A DNA stretch of 64,000 bases from a virus. A model generated the notes under the pieces. That model was not told the DNA's origin and did no database searches. It saw only the letters and a list, made by a program, of their open reading frames with translations. The position numbers were made by a program, and so were the translations under genes. This document shows, piece by piece, positions 8,574 to 18,609 of the stretch; the stretch's first letter is position 1, and each line of letters opens with the position of its first letter. Location: IMG/VR virus record IMGVR_UViG_3300002835_000026, one strand, 5' to 3'.

Positions 8574-9224
8574 TTAAATACGTGAAATAATATCAAAATC
8601 ATCATCAGCTAATGGTTCATTGTGTAATCCTAACTCCATTAAGCGTTGCTTTTGATAATCATCTAATTCCCAGTCCGGTAAATTTTCTTTAGTTGGTACA
8701 TGGTCTTCAAAACCTTCAATTTGTTTATTAGTGAACACATCACCAATATTTAAAAAATAACAATTGTAACATAACATTTCTAGATTTTCAATTCTATAAT
8801 GTTGTTTGTTTTTATCTTTAAAATGTAGTATTAGAGGCATTTTATAATCAACAACTCGTCGTTCATTAAAACCACATACATTACATTCTTCTTTTAAAAA
8901 TCCTTCCTCAATTAATCTATATTTAATTTTTTGAGGGTTATAATGTGAAGCGTCTACTCTACCTTCAATAATGTCTAATAACGCAACATCCTTTTTACCA
9001 TGATTTAAAAATTTAGGAATACCTTTACCTTGTTGATTTAAATGTTTATCAAATAAAGACTGACCTGTTGCTTCGTCTTTATAAAATTGAGCCCATTTCT
9101 TCCAGTGTGTGTAAGAACAATTCAAATAACGAGCCGCAGCTCTATTTGATTTTGTTTTAGCAACAGCGGCTAAACATTCCTCTTTTTTTAAATGTTTTGC
9201 TTTAGGCATTTTCTTCCTCGTCAA
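8574..9224 (-). CDS. HTH plus degenerate HNH-like domain protein
   Basis: SNRAAARYLNCSY HTH; CNVCG...LHFKDKN...ENLEMLCYNCY. Confidence 0.7.
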   Translation of the reverse strand: MTRKKMPKAKHLKKEECLAAVAKTKSNRAAARYLNCSYTHWKKWAQFYKDEATGQSLFDKHLNQQGKGIPKFLNHGKKDVALLDIIEGRVDASHYNPQKIKYRLIEEGFLKEECNVCGFNERRVVDYKMPLILHFKDKNKQHYRIENLEMLCYNCYFLNIGDVFTNKQIEGFEDHVPTKENLPDWELDDYQKQRLMELGLHNEPLADDDFDIISRI

Positions 9225-9582
9225 TTAAATCTTCAGGTTCAATTACTAATTCATCTAGTATAATTAAATCCTCATTATCTTCAATAATGTCAATTTCAGT
9301 TACATGATCAACATCTGACTCATCATTTAAATTAAATACATCAGTTATAGGTGCTACTACTCCTTTATTTCTAAATGTAGCTTCTACTTCTTTATATTTA
9401 ACAAAGTCATCATGTTCCATAATAATGATTTCATTGTAGGTGTGATCTCCTTCTCCTAAAGTAACAGTTACACCTGCTTTTCTACCTGTAGTTGAACATT
9501 CAACACATGTTGTAGCTGTTGGTAAAGCTTTTAAACGGCCTGGATGAATTTCTTCACCACATGATTTACACAGTTTACTCAT
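9202..9582 (-). CDS. DksA/TraR-type C4 zinc finger protein with acidic tail
   Basis: CKSCGEEIHPGRLKALPTATTCVEC. Confidence 0.85.
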   Translation of the reverse strand: MSKLCKSCGEEIHPGRLKALPTATTCVECSTTGRKAGVTVTLGEGDHTYNEIIIMEHDDFVKYKEVEATFRNKGVVAPITDVFNLNDESDVDHVTEIDIIEDNEDLIILDELVIEPEDLIDEEENA

Positions 9583-9973
9583 CTTTTTTATCTATTTTAC
9601 TTTCTATATTTTGTATTGCGTCCCAAAGATCTTCTGGGTCTTTAATTGTGATACTTTTTTCTTCACCTTTATCTTCTAATATAATAGGATTTAAATCTCC
9701 ATCAAGTGATACTCTATCATAGATATACCATAACATTAATTCAGTTTTCCACTCACCATAATGTTTTAACATCATATTTTCTATAATTTGAACATATGGT
9801 TCTTCATAATCAAGTAATGATAAATTAAATTTCTCAATTAACTCATCAGAACGATCAATACAAGCACTATAAGTTTTCATTAAACCTATAAAAAATGCTT
9901 TATCATCATCCAAATCTATTTCTCCACTAACTTGTATTTTTAAATTAGTTCCAAAATTCTTTAAATTAAACAT
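9575..9973 (-). CDS. hypothetical protein
   Basis: 132 aa ORF in operon. Confidence 0.75.
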   Translation of the reverse strand: MFNLKNFGTNLKIQVSGEIDLDDDKAFFIGLMKTYSACIDRSDELIEKFNLSLLDYEEPYVQIIENMMLKHYGEWKTELMLWYIYDRVSLDGDLNPIILEDKGEEKSITIKDPEDLWDAIQNIESKIDKKDE

Positions 9974-9975
9974 AA

Positions 9976-10137
9976 TTATTTATTTTTAATACCTATTGAA
10001 TAAATTTGTGAAAATTCACTTTCACTTAATTTTTTCATTTTAGAAAAATAATCTAATGCTACTTCAATACTTGGAGCTTCAATTGTATTGATAGCTTCTT
10101 TTGTTTTATCGTTTTTACTATAAAAATAATAAGTCAT
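9976..10137 (-). CDS. hypothetical protein (53 aa)
   Basis: Read manually: MTYYFYSKNDKTKEAINTIEAPSIEVALDYFSKMKKL... Confidence 0.65.
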   Translation of the reverse strand: MTYYFYSKNDKTKEAINTIEAPSIEVALDYFSKMKKLSESEFSQIYSIGIKNK

Positions 10138-10139
10138 AG

Positions 10140-10382
10140 TTATTTTATATTTAATTTTTCTGAAAAATAAGTTGCTGCTTTTTGATACGCTGTATCTAAT
10201 AATTGAAATTGTTGTTGTAATATCATACCAGCCATTTGAGGTGGTACCATTCGAGCCATGTGGTGGTTTGTAGTGTTTATAGTAACACGTTGATTTTTCT
10301 TTTCAAAAATATATTCTTCAACAACAAATTCCATTTCTTGTGTTGTTAATTCATTTTTTACTATTATTTCATTAATATCCAT
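10140..10382 (-). CDS. hypothetical protein
   Basis: 80 aa ORF with its own promoter. Confidence 0.7.
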   Translation of the reverse strand: MDINEIIVKNELTTQEMEFVVEEYIFEKKNQRVTINTTNHHMARMVPPQMAGMILQQQFQLLDTAYQKAATYFSEKLNIK

Positions 10383-10399
10383 AACCTTTATTTTATACC

Positions 10400-10432
10400 T
10401 AAATATAGTAAGACTATCTTAAATAGCCAAAC
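10400..10432 (-). promoter_or_regulatory. early/host-type promoter overlapping the clpP 3' end
   Basis: GTTTGGCT-N-TATATTTA, 20 nt spacer. Confidence 0.75.
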
Positions 10433-11003
10433 TACTTTCAAGTATTTCATCAACTATATGATATCTTAATGCGTCTTCAGCATTTAAGTACCAATATGAT
10501 GAAGCGTCTTTATGTATATTTAATTGATCATGATTTATATTAGTAAATTTCATTAATAATGAATCATATATTTCTTGTGAACGATCACCTTCTTGTAATT
10601 CTTGTCTGTGATGTTTACGAGGTTGATAATCTACTTCCCAGTTAATCTCATGGTACATTACTGTTGAGTAAACTCCAATAAACCGCTTATAACCAGCAGC
10701 TAATATAAGTAAACCCATTGACTGGGCTTGGCCATGACATATTGTATAAACAGGTGTTTCTGAATTTTGAACGGCTTCAACTATACCAAAACCACTATAC
10801 ACATCTCCACCTTCTGAATTAATTAATAATTTAATTGGTGTTCGTTGTTCATGTGTTATGTTTTTATCATCATTATTAATATCATAGATAAATCTAATGA
10901 CTTCATTAGCTGTTTGTTGGTTTACCTCAGCTAATGAAATAGTACGATTCGGTGTAGGTGTTGGTTTTCTAGTAGTCATAAAGTTAAAGAGTTTCATATT
11001 CAA
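10419..11003 (-). CDS. clpP: ClpP-family protease subunit
   Basis: INSEGGDVYSG, AQSMG (Ser), MYHE (His), AEDA..IVDEI. Confidence 0.9.
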   Translation of the reverse strand: MNMKLFNFMTTRKPTPTPNRTISLAEVNQQTANEVIRFIYDINNDDKNITHEQRTPIKLLINSEGGDVYSGFGIVEAVQNSETPVYTICHGQAQSMGLLILAAGYKRFIGVYSTVMYHEINWEVDYQPRKHHRQELQEGDRSQEIYDSLLMKFTNINHDQLNIHKDASSYWYLNAEDALRYHIVDEILESSLAI

Positions 11004-11862
11004 TTTCTATATTTGAAAATCCCCATGTGTTTGGATTTTTTGTTTGTTCTTGGAATGTAACAGCTTGATGAATGTCATTAGCTTTTTTATTAATACCTTC
11101 AGCGAATCCACCTCCACCCCATCCTTTAGAACCATGATTAATATGGAACATAGGAGGATTAAATATAGCTTTTAAATTAAAGCCATGTTTAACTGATTTT
11201 TTCTGTACATTAGTATCAGCATATAATGGATAAATTAATTCTTCTTCAAATCCTTTAATTTCATTCCAAATATGTTTAGGCGCTAATTGAAAGTCACCAC
11301 AACAATTGATTATACTATAATTATCTCCACTTACTGTAGCTTCACTTTGAACTCGTTCTTCTGAGTTAATATAAATATAATCTCTAAGTTTATCCCATTC
11401 TTGAAATTTCATTTCACCACCATGGAATTCTTTAATTATATCCCATGTTACTTCTCTTCTACTTAAAGTAAACATAGTATTATTATCACTATTGTTAATA
11501 ATAGATTCTATGTCTTCTCGTTTTGGATGAATAATATCAATATTAGTAGAAACAATATAATCACCTGTCGCCCTTCTAATACCTATGTTACGAGCTAAAA
11601 CTTCACAACATAATTGAGCATGTTCATTATAATTAGTTAATACTTTAGCTGCATCTGGTGGTATTACAAAATGTTTAAGATTACCTTTTAATTGAAGATT
11701 ATCTTTAATATCCCATAATAAACTATGAGTTGGTGAATTCCAATCAACATAAATTACCTCATCATAAGTATTAATAGCTGAGTTGATAGCATATATTGCT
11801 CTTTTATTCAAATGTCCTCCATAGTTATCATTTCTGGAGATAATAATTGCTGATATTTTCAT
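10984..11862 (-). CDS. GT-A fold (GT2-like) glycosyltransferase
   Basis: RNDNYG, YVDWNS, ARNIGIRRATGDYIVSTNIDII, GDFQL. Confidence 0.75.
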   Translation of the reverse strand: MKISAIIISRNDNYGGHLNKRAIYAINSAINTYDEVIYVDWNSPTHSLLWDIKDNLQLKGNLKHFVIPPDAAKVLTNYNEHAQLCCEVLARNIGIRRATGDYIVSTNIDIIHPKREDIESIINNSDNNTMFTLSRREVTWDIIKEFHGGEMKFQEWDKLRDYIYINSEERVQSEATVSGDNYSIINCCGDFQLAPKHIWNEIKGFEEELIYPLYADTNVQKKSVKHGFNLKAIFNPPMFHINHGSKGWGGGGFAEGINKKANDIHQAVTFQEQTKNPNTWGFSNIEIEYETL

Positions 11863-11863
11863 T

Positions 11864-12790
11864 TTAAAATTGTTTTATATAAACATCCCAAAATTTCTGA
11901 GTTGCTTCTGGTAAGTGATTGTAATAATTTTTAAGATCATTAATTAAATTAAGTGTACCTCTATACCCAATAACTTCATTTTGTAAATTAGTTACTAAAT
12001 CTTGAACATTTCTATCTTGATAAACAGTTGCTTTATTATATATAACTGAATTTGGGAAATAATGTTGTACAATATAAGCTCCCCAAATATCATCCATTCT
12101 ACCAGCATGAGGTAAAACAGCGTAATAAGGTAATACTTTACGAGCTAAAAATGTATTTTGTGAATTAAAAGGAGCAATTTGAGTTGATCCAAATGGTTTA
12201 AATTCTTCAAATTTAACAATTGGTTTTTTACTTAAACGACATAAAGCATCAATATCAGGATCACCATCCCAAAAATCAGCTTGTATTAATACCTCACGAT
12301 ATATTTTACCTTTATATTCAATATTATTTTTATTAGGTACATATTCAATTGGATAACCTCTATGCCATAACTCATTATATGATGTAGCTGAAATAGGATC
12401 AAACACATTATATTGATTATGAGAAAAAGCATTAATTTCTATTGTTTGGTTTACAAATACATTATCGCCCCAATTGTCATAAGGAATGTTATCATCATCT
12501 ACTGTCGCTACAATATCTGCTCCTTGATCATAAGCAAATACAAAACCAATATTACGACGTTGAATACTTTTCCAACCTATAGTTTCACTTAACTCTGGGT
12601 AAAGTGATTCTTGTTGGTCTGGGGTTAAATAGGTTACATTAGAATTTTCTAATGACTTGTATTCATTATGTGGTGTTTTTGTATCACCTACAATTACAAA
12701 AGTCCAATTTTTTTCTTGAGCAATCTTACAAAATTTAAGAGTTGCTTCTGTTGGACTATTAATTGTTGTTGTAACTATAAATTTTTTCAT
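11864..12790 (-). CDS. GT75/RGP-STELLO (DUF288)-like glycosyltransferase or NDP-sugar mutase
   Basis: VTTTIN, VGDTKTP, RRNIGF, TVDDDN, RGYP, DPDIDA, NSQNT, RMDDIWG. Confidence 0.75.
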   Translation of the reverse strand: MKKFIVTTTINSPTEATLKFCKIAQEKNWTFVIVGDTKTPHNEYKSLENSNVTYLTPDQQESLYPELSETIGWKSIQRRNIGFVFAYDQGADIVATVDDDNIPYDNWGDNVFVNQTIEINAFSHNQYNVFDPISATSYNELWHRGYPIEYVPNKNNIEYKGKIYREVLIQADFWDGDPDIDALCRLSKKPIVKFEEFKPFGSTQIAPFNSQNTFLARKVLPYYAVLPHAGRMDDIWGAYIVQHYFPNSVIYNKATVYQDRNVQDLVTNLQNEVIGYRGTLNLINDLKNYYNHLPEATQKFWDVYIKQF

Positions 12791-12791
12791 T

Positions 12792-13802
12792 TTATTTATT
12801 TACTTGTTTATTAATCCATTCAAATGTTTTCTTCATACCTTCATAAAGTGGTTGGATTGGTTCCCATCCCATTTTTTCTTTATAAAGTTTATTATCTGAA
12901 TTTCTGCCTCTTACTCCTGTTGGACCTTCAATATTTTTAATATATGATCTTTCATTTTTGTCTGCTATTTCAAGAGCCATTTCTGCTAATTGATTAATTG
13001 TAACCATTTCTTCAGAACCAATATTTACTGGTCCTAAAAATTCATCTTGTCTCATAAAACGTAAAACTGCTTCTAAACAATCATCAATATATAAGAAAGA
13101 ACGTGTTTGTAATCCATCACCCCATACTTCAATATATTCATCCATTCCTACTTCAGCTACTTTTCTACACATAGCCGCAGGTGCTTTTTCTTTACCACCA
13201 TTCCAAGTACCCATAGGACCAAATATATTATGGAAACGAGCTACTCTAACATCTAAATTATAATTTCTATTAAATGCTAAAAATAATCTTTCACTAAATA
13301 ATTTTTCCCAACCATATTCTGAATCTGGGTTTGCTGGGTATGCTGAAGTTTCCTCACAATTAGGATTGTTAGGATCCAACTGGTTATGTTCTGGATACAT
13401 ACAAGCTGATGAACTATAAAAAATTCGTTTAATTGATTTTTTTACAGCTTCATGAGTAACATTTAAATTAATTAAAGCTGAATTATGCATTACATTAGCA
13501 TCATTATTGCCTGTAAAAATATATCCTGCCCCACCCATATCAGCCGCTAATTGATAAACTTCATCAAATGAATTTATTTTATCATCTACAGATTTCTGAT
13601 TTGGTGCTACCATTATGCGAGATACTAAATTAGGATCTCTTAAATCACCTGAAATATATTCATTACAAATTTCATTATGATTCCAATATTCATGTTTTTC
13701 TTTAATGTCTACTATTCTAACCCAAAATCCTTCTGATCTGAGTCGTTTGGCTAGGTGTCCACCTATAAATCCTCCACCTCCAAGTACAAGTGCTGTTTTC
13801 AT
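12792..13802 (-). CDS. GDP-mannose 3',5'-epimerase-like NAD-dependent epimerase
   Basis: GGGGFIG, LAADMGGAGYI, SSSACMYP, YGWEK, EKAPAA, GVRGRNSDN. Confidence 0.88.
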   Translation of the reverse strand: MKTALVLGGGGFIGGHLAKRLRSEGFWVRIVDIKEKHEYWNHNEICNEYISGDLRDPNLVSRIMVAPNQKSVDDKINSFDEVYQLAADMGGAGYIFTGNNDANVMHNSALINLNVTHEAVKKSIKRIFYSSSACMYPEHNQLDPNNPNCEETSAYPANPDSEYGWEKLFSERLFLAFNRNYNLDVRVARFHNIFGPMGTWNGGKEKAPAAMCRKVAEVGMDEYIEVWGDGLQTRSFLYIDDCLEAVLRFMRQDEFLGPVNIGSEEMVTINQLAEMALEIADKNERSYIKNIEGPTGVRGRNSDNKLYKEKMGWEPIQPLYEGMKKTFEWINKQVNK

Positions 13803-13805
13803 ATT

Positions 13806-14498
13806 TTATATTAATGGTAAAATTGTATATTCTATTTGTGGGAAACTTTTTCCACCTGAAAATTTATCAAGTGCTAATTGTGTGTCTATTTCTATTGAAT
13901 GAGGTATTTTTGAATATAACTCTGGATTACCAGCTGGTTTAGTATGAGTCATCTTAATTGAATCTATAATAGCAATTTTATCTTTTGGATCACCTAATAG
14001 ATAAGACCAAATTCCATCTAGACCCCATGATGAATAATTAACATCAAATGTTTCTTTAAGTTTTAATACTGTATTTAAATTCATCACTGGTGCCATTATT
14101 TCAACGAAATTAGTATAACGTAATAAAGAATTTTCTTGAGGCAAAGTTATCTTATGAGAAACATAACCTAAAAGTGATGGTTGACAAATATATAAATCAT
14201 ATTTTTTAGCTATATCAAATAGATTATTAATATTATTTGTATCTATTTTAAGATCATCATCTGGAAACCAAATATATTCATATTGAGATACCCATTCTAA
14301 ATTATCTTCAATAAATGCTTTAACCAACCACCACTTAAATCCTTTAGAAGCATAAACATGAGGTGTATCTTGAGTATAAGATTTAGCTACTTCCATATCA
14401 TCACCATAATAGAGTAATACTAAATCAAAATTTGGTTCGCCTGTTAACCACTCTTTATGAAGTGATTTATCTCCAGCAGGTGATATTATTAGATTCAT
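13806..14498 (-). CDS. DUF707-like putative glycosyltransferase
   Basis: YEYIWFPDDD, QPSL, TNFVEIMAPV, WGLD. Confidence 0.75.
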   Translation of the reverse strand: MNLIISPAGDKSLHKEWLTGEPNFDLVLLYYGDDMEVAKSYTQDTPHVYASKGFKWWLVKAFIEDNLEWVSQYEYIWFPDDDLKIDTNNINNLFDIAKKYDLYICQPSLLGYVSHKITLPQENSLLRYTNFVEIMAPVMNLNTVLKLKETFDVNYSSWGLDGIWSYLLGDPKDKIAIIDSIKMTHTKPAGNPELYSKIPHSIEIDTQLALDKFSGGKSFPQIEYTILPLI

Positions 14499-15139
14499 TA
14501 TACTTTGTATTTTGTTCTTCCTATTTGTTCAATTTTATCATATAAGTCATTTTGAGCAACTTGACGATCTAATTGTTTAGGATGTAAAATACAAAATAAT
14601 TCATCTGAAGGTAAAAAAACAAATGTTTTATGTCCTTTAATTTTACTATGAAGTAAACCATCCCATTCTACCCAATTACAATTACGATATAAACGCATTT
14701 GATGATCTGGAAAATTAACCCAGCCTTTTTCATTTACATTCCATCTCCATTTAGCAATATATTCAGGAGTTAAACCTTCAACAGTATTAATTCGAGGCAT
14801 AATGAACAAATCTATTTCATTATTATCCTCTAATAATTGAGGTAACATTTCAATAAATTCTGGTTTAACTAATTCATCAGCATCAAGTTGAAGAATATAG
14901 TCACCTGTACAAATACTATTTAAGTAATTTTTCTGGGTGTGGTCTCCATCAAATGTTCTGTAGTCTAGTTTAATTTGATGATTATATTTTTTAAGAATTT
15001 CTATTGTTTCTAAATCAGTAGAAAAATCATCTACAACAACTATTTCATCTTCAAGACGTTTGTTAGTTGTTAGGAATGAAAGGAGAGTATCAATATACTG
15101 TCCTTCATTATGAGTTAAAATTGCATAACTTATTTTCAT
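14498..15139 (-). CDS. GT2 glycosyltransferase
   Basis: THNE, VVDDFSTD, QKN, LQLDADE, PDHQMRLY. Confidence 0.88.
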   Translation of the reverse strand: MKISYAILTHNEGQYIDTLLSFLTTNKRLEDEIVVVDDFSTDLETIEILKKYNHQIKLDYRTFDGDHTQKNYLNSICTGDYILQLDADELVKPEFIEMLPQLLEDNNEIDLFIMPRINTVEGLTPEYIAKWRWNVNEKGWVNFPDHQMRLYRNCNWVEWDGLLHSKIKGHKTFVFLPSDELFCILHPKQLDRQVAQNDLYDKIEQIGRTKYKV

Positions 15140-15140
15140 A

Positions 15141-15596
15141 TTACTCAGGTAAAACTCCTATGTAAGATAAAGCGTCCATAAAATCTTTTTCAAAAAATGA
15201 TTTCATAGTAGCCATATCCATTCTAAATTCATAATATTGATCTTTTTTTCCTTTAATAGGATATTTATGTTTTTCCTCTTCTGTTACTACAACTGCTTTA
15301 ACAGCTGCCCATTTCCAATCATTAAAATCAGTTCCGTTTGCAAATACCATTCCTTTATCAGGAACATTAATCATACTAGGCATCCACATTTGTTCTTCTT
15401 TATCTTTATAAATTAGGTCTTTATATAATTCAGGAAGTAATTCTTTTTGTTGTTCAAAAAATTCTTCACCTTCTTTCATTAGTGTGTTAGTTTGAAAACC
15501 ACACCCGTAACAAAAGTGATTTGTTATTTCAGGAGTTACTTCTTGAGTATAACAAGCATCACTTCCACAACGTTTACATATTGTTAAGTTATCCAT
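15141..15596 (-). CDS. Zn-ribbon hypothetical protein
   Basis: CKRCGSDAC...CYGCGF. Confidence 0.7.
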   Translation of the reverse strand: MDNLTICKRCGSDACYTQEVTPEITNHFCYGCGFQTNTLMKEGEEFFEQQKELLPELYKDLIYKDKEEQMWMPSMINVPDKGMVFANGTDFNDWKWAAVKAVVVTEEEKHKYPIKGKKDQYYEFRMDMATMKSFFEKDFMDALSYIGVLPE

Positions 15597-16902
15597 TTAT
15601 TTTAGTTAATTTAGGTAATTCAATTTTTTTAGGTTGAGGTAATTTTAAAGTTACTTCTTTAGGAAATTCAGGAATATTTTTAGTAAATAATTCATCTACT
15701 TTATCCTTCATTTTAATCCAACTAAATTCTGTTTTAGATTTATAAGCTTGACGATTAGCACCATCAGTATATTTTTTATAATTTTCAAATATATCTTTCA
15801 TATAGTGACCTATTTGTCCTTGATCTACTGAAAACCATAATGTATCTTTTAATATCATTGTGTTTTGAGCACTTGGGTGAACTGGTGTTAATTGACCTGG
15901 TAATAAAGTAGTAAATTCATTACTTAAGAAATCTGTTTGTCCACTCCAATTAGTAGTTATGATAGGTTTTTTAACTAAACTAAACTCAAGTAATGGTCTT
16001 CCAAAACCTTCACCTTTAGTTAAATTAACCATTGATTTTACTTTTGGATGATTATAAAGTTCATTCATTTCATCATCTGTAAATTCACCATGTAATAAGT
16101 AAATATTAGGTAAAGTAGTTGCTTTAACTGTTTTACGAATCATTTTTACTCGTTTAGCTATTTCTTCTCTGTCAACATATGATGAACCTACCATTGATGT
16201 TTTTAAAATTAAGGCTGGTGCTTTAGCTTTATTTTTAAATATTTCATAAAATGCTTTAACTAATAAATTTACATTTTTTCTATCTTCACCTATATCACCT
16301 TGCATCCAATGACCTACAAATAAGTAAGCAAATGATTCTGGGATGTCATTTATATTTTTTAAGAATGATTGTTTAGTATCTACTTTATCTAATACTTTAT
16401 AAATGTCAGTATTAGCTCCTTCAAATAATACTTCAACAGGTTTAGTTAATTCAATTGTTCCTTCTTTTTGTTGTGTTTGAGAATTAACTTTTTCAAATTT
16501 AGTATCAGTGAATACTTTTTTAGTATGGTTAGATGAAACTAAAGTTAAATCCATTCTATTAACACCTTCTAAAAACTCATGAGAACAAGCTGTTGTTTCA
16601 ATTCCTGCTGTTACTCCAATATTATATTTTCCTATTGGTTGGAATTCATTTGGAACTGTAATTTGCATCCAAACATCTGGTTGTTTAGGTAGTTGAGGGG
16701 TTGTTAATGTATGTTCTCTTAAAAAGGCCCATTCAGGATTTTCATCCATGAATCCCCAAGGTGTGTCTCCCCAACGTTGAGGAATTAATTTTACTTCATA
16801 TCTATCTAATTCAATAATTGCTTTAATTAAATCACGGGCTCTAGCTCCGTAACCTGAAAATGTATCAAATGGTGATGATATAATAAATAATGGTTTACTC
16901 AT
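15589..16902 (-). CDS. GT4 (GT-B) glycosyltransferase
   Basis: SGYG, DRKNV, LILKT, GEGFGRPLLE, TNWSG. Confidence 0.88.
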   Translation of the reverse strand: MSKPLFIISSPFDTFSGYGARARDLIKAIIELDRYEVKLIPQRWGDTPWGFMDENPEWAFLREHTLTTPQLPKQPDVWMQITVPNEFQPIGKYNIGVTAGIETTACSHEFLEGVNRMDLTLVSSNHTKKVFTDTKFEKVNSQTQQKEGTIELTKPVEVLFEGANTDIYKVLDKVDTKQSFLKNINDIPESFAYLFVGHWMQGDIGEDRKNVNLLVKAFYEIFKNKAKAPALILKTSMVGSSYVDREEIAKRVKMIRKTVKATTLPNIYLLHGEFTDDEMNELYNHPKVKSMVNLTKGEGFGRPLLEFSLVKKPIITTNWSGQTDFLSNEFTTLLPGQLTPVHPSAQNTMILKDTLWFSVDQGQIGHYMKDIFENYKKYTDGANRQAYKSKTEFSWIKMKDKVDELFTKNIPEFPKEVTLKLPQPKKIELPKLTKING

Positions 16903-16907
16903 AACAA

Positions 16908-18350
16908 TTAATATAATAATTTGTGGTTAATAACTCTGTCTTTTACTTCATTTAAATTAATAAATTCATATTTTTCTCTTGGCTTCCAAGTTGCAAATAA
17001 TTTATCTAGTGTTTCAATAATATTCACACCCATTTTTTCAGATGTAAATCCTGCTTCATCACCTAATGCCCATTCTCTACCTTTTAAACCTCTTGCTTTT
17101 CTTTCTTCTCTACCTAAAGAATAAACATTCATTAATTGTTCTGCCGCGTCTTCTGCTCTACATCTATCATCCCAAATATAAGGAGTTAAAGGCGAGCCTA
17201 CTAATGATTTATTTGTTGGAAATACTGGAAATGCCCATTCACCACATTCTTTAATTGTACCATTATGGTTTGAAGGAAAATCAGCATCTAATTCCATCCA
17301 TTTACCATCTTTAATAAAACGCATTTGATCTTGCATTCCACCTGTTACATTAGCAATAATTGGATTTCCTACTAATAAGGCTTCAGTTAAACTTAATCCC
17401 CATCCTTCATTTGATGTTAATTGAATTTGAACATCTGTTATATTATATAACCAATTTATTTGTTGAGTTCCTAAACGATTTTGAGAAAATATAACATTAT
17501 ACTTATCTTCATTTAATAATAATTCTCTAACTGCTTCTAAATCAGTTCCATTATCATCTACAACTTGAGTATGTAAAATAAAAGCACATTTTTTAGCTTT
17601 TTCTTCTGGTAGTTGGTCTATAAAGAATTTATACGCTAACATTGTATCAGGAATTTGTTTCCTACGAATGTTTCTAGAGTTAAAGAAAACTACAAATTTA
17701 TAATTGTTTCCTCCAAAAATATTTTTCTTAAATTCAATCATGTCTTTATATTGATCATGTTTTTCATCAATTGGAAACATCATTTCATGATTTAAACCAT
17801 GAGGAACATATTTAATAATTTTATCTTTTGCTTTATCACCTAATACTAATTTATTAATATTAACTGTTTGCTTTGAAATACCTAATAATGCATCACAAGC
17901 TTCATAAAATGCTTTATTGTAATGAGGTGCTGGGTAGTCATCCCAAATATTTAAATAAATAATAGGTAATTTTTTGCGTAACTCACCTTCCATTTGGAAT
18001 AACCAAATAAAATATCTTGGGTCAGTGATAATAAAAATTGCATCTGGTTTTTCAATTTGAATTAAAGATCTTAATAATGTAGGATCTCCATAACCATTTA
18101 CTGGATATAAAATTACAGATGAATCTGTTAATCCTGAGTTAATATTTGTATCTTGAGATAAATCAAAACGTTTACCTGCTTCTGGATGTTGGATAGCTCC
18201 TCCAATATTAACCCAATTAAAATGTTGTGAGGTGTGTAAAACTACTTCTCGAGCAACAGTAGCGATTCCTGAATGGACTCTAATATCATCACATATTAGG
18301 AGAATTTTCTTCCTCTTCTCAGGAGGCAAATAAGCGAAACTTGAATTCAT
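16908..18350 (-). CDS. GT4 (GT-B) glycosyltransferase
   Basis: HSG, PHG, RNIRRKQ, NEGWGLSLTEA, NVTGG. Confidence 0.88.
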   Translation of the reverse strand: MNSSFAYLPPEKRKKILLICDDIRVHSGIATVAREVVLHTSQHFNWVNIGGAIQHPEAGKRFDLSQDTNINSGLTDSSVILYPVNGYGDPTLLRSLIQIEKPDAIFIITDPRYFIWLFQMEGELRKKLPIIYLNIWDDYPAPHYNKAFYEACDALLGISKQTVNINKLVLGDKAKDKIIKYVPHGLNHEMMFPIDEKHDQYKDMIEFKKNIFGGNNYKFVVFFNSRNIRRKQIPDTMLAYKFFIDQLPEEKAKKCAFILHTQVVDDNGTDLEAVRELLLNEDKYNVIFSQNRLGTQQINWLYNITDVQIQLTSNEGWGLSLTEALLVGNPIIANVTGGMQDQMRFIKDGKWMELDADFPSNHNGTIKECGEWAFPVFPTNKSLVGSPLTPYIWDDRCRAEDAAEQLMNVYSLGREERKARGLKGREWALGDEAGFTSEKMGVNIIETLDKLFATWKPREKYEFINLNEVKDRVINHKLLY

Positions 18351-18364
18351 ATAACTGTTTTAAT

Positions 18365-18397
18365 TTATTATAATAACTATTTTTTATTTTTCCAAAC
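18365..18397 (-). promoter_or_regulatory. variant early/middle promoter
   Basis: GTTTGG-N-TATAATAA, 20 nt spacer. Confidence 0.5.
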
Positions 18398-18575
18398 TTA
18401 AGCCTGTATGACTGTGGATCATTTTACGAAACTCTTCATTTGTTAAGTATAGATGGATTGATCTATCTGCTAGTTTTTGAAATGAGAATTTACGTTTAAC
18501 ACATTCTACTCTAAAATCTTCGAATAATTCACTTTGTATTTTAACACTTGTAAGTGTCATGTCTTTTTTTTCCAT
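18384..18575 (-). CDS. small ribbon-helix-helix-like protein
   Basis: LTSVKI strand followed by two helices. Confidence 0.55.
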   Translation of the reverse strand: MEKKDMTLTSVKIQSELFEDFRVECVKRKFSFQKLADRSIHLYLTNEEFRKMIHSHTGLSLEK

Positions 18576-18600
18576 AATGTTGTATATATTGATATTTTAT

Positions 18601-18609
18601 TATAAATAT
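18601..18609 (-). promoter_or_regulatory. putative late promoter ATATTTATA
   Basis: Intergenic, upstream of ATG 18575. Confidence 0.4.
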
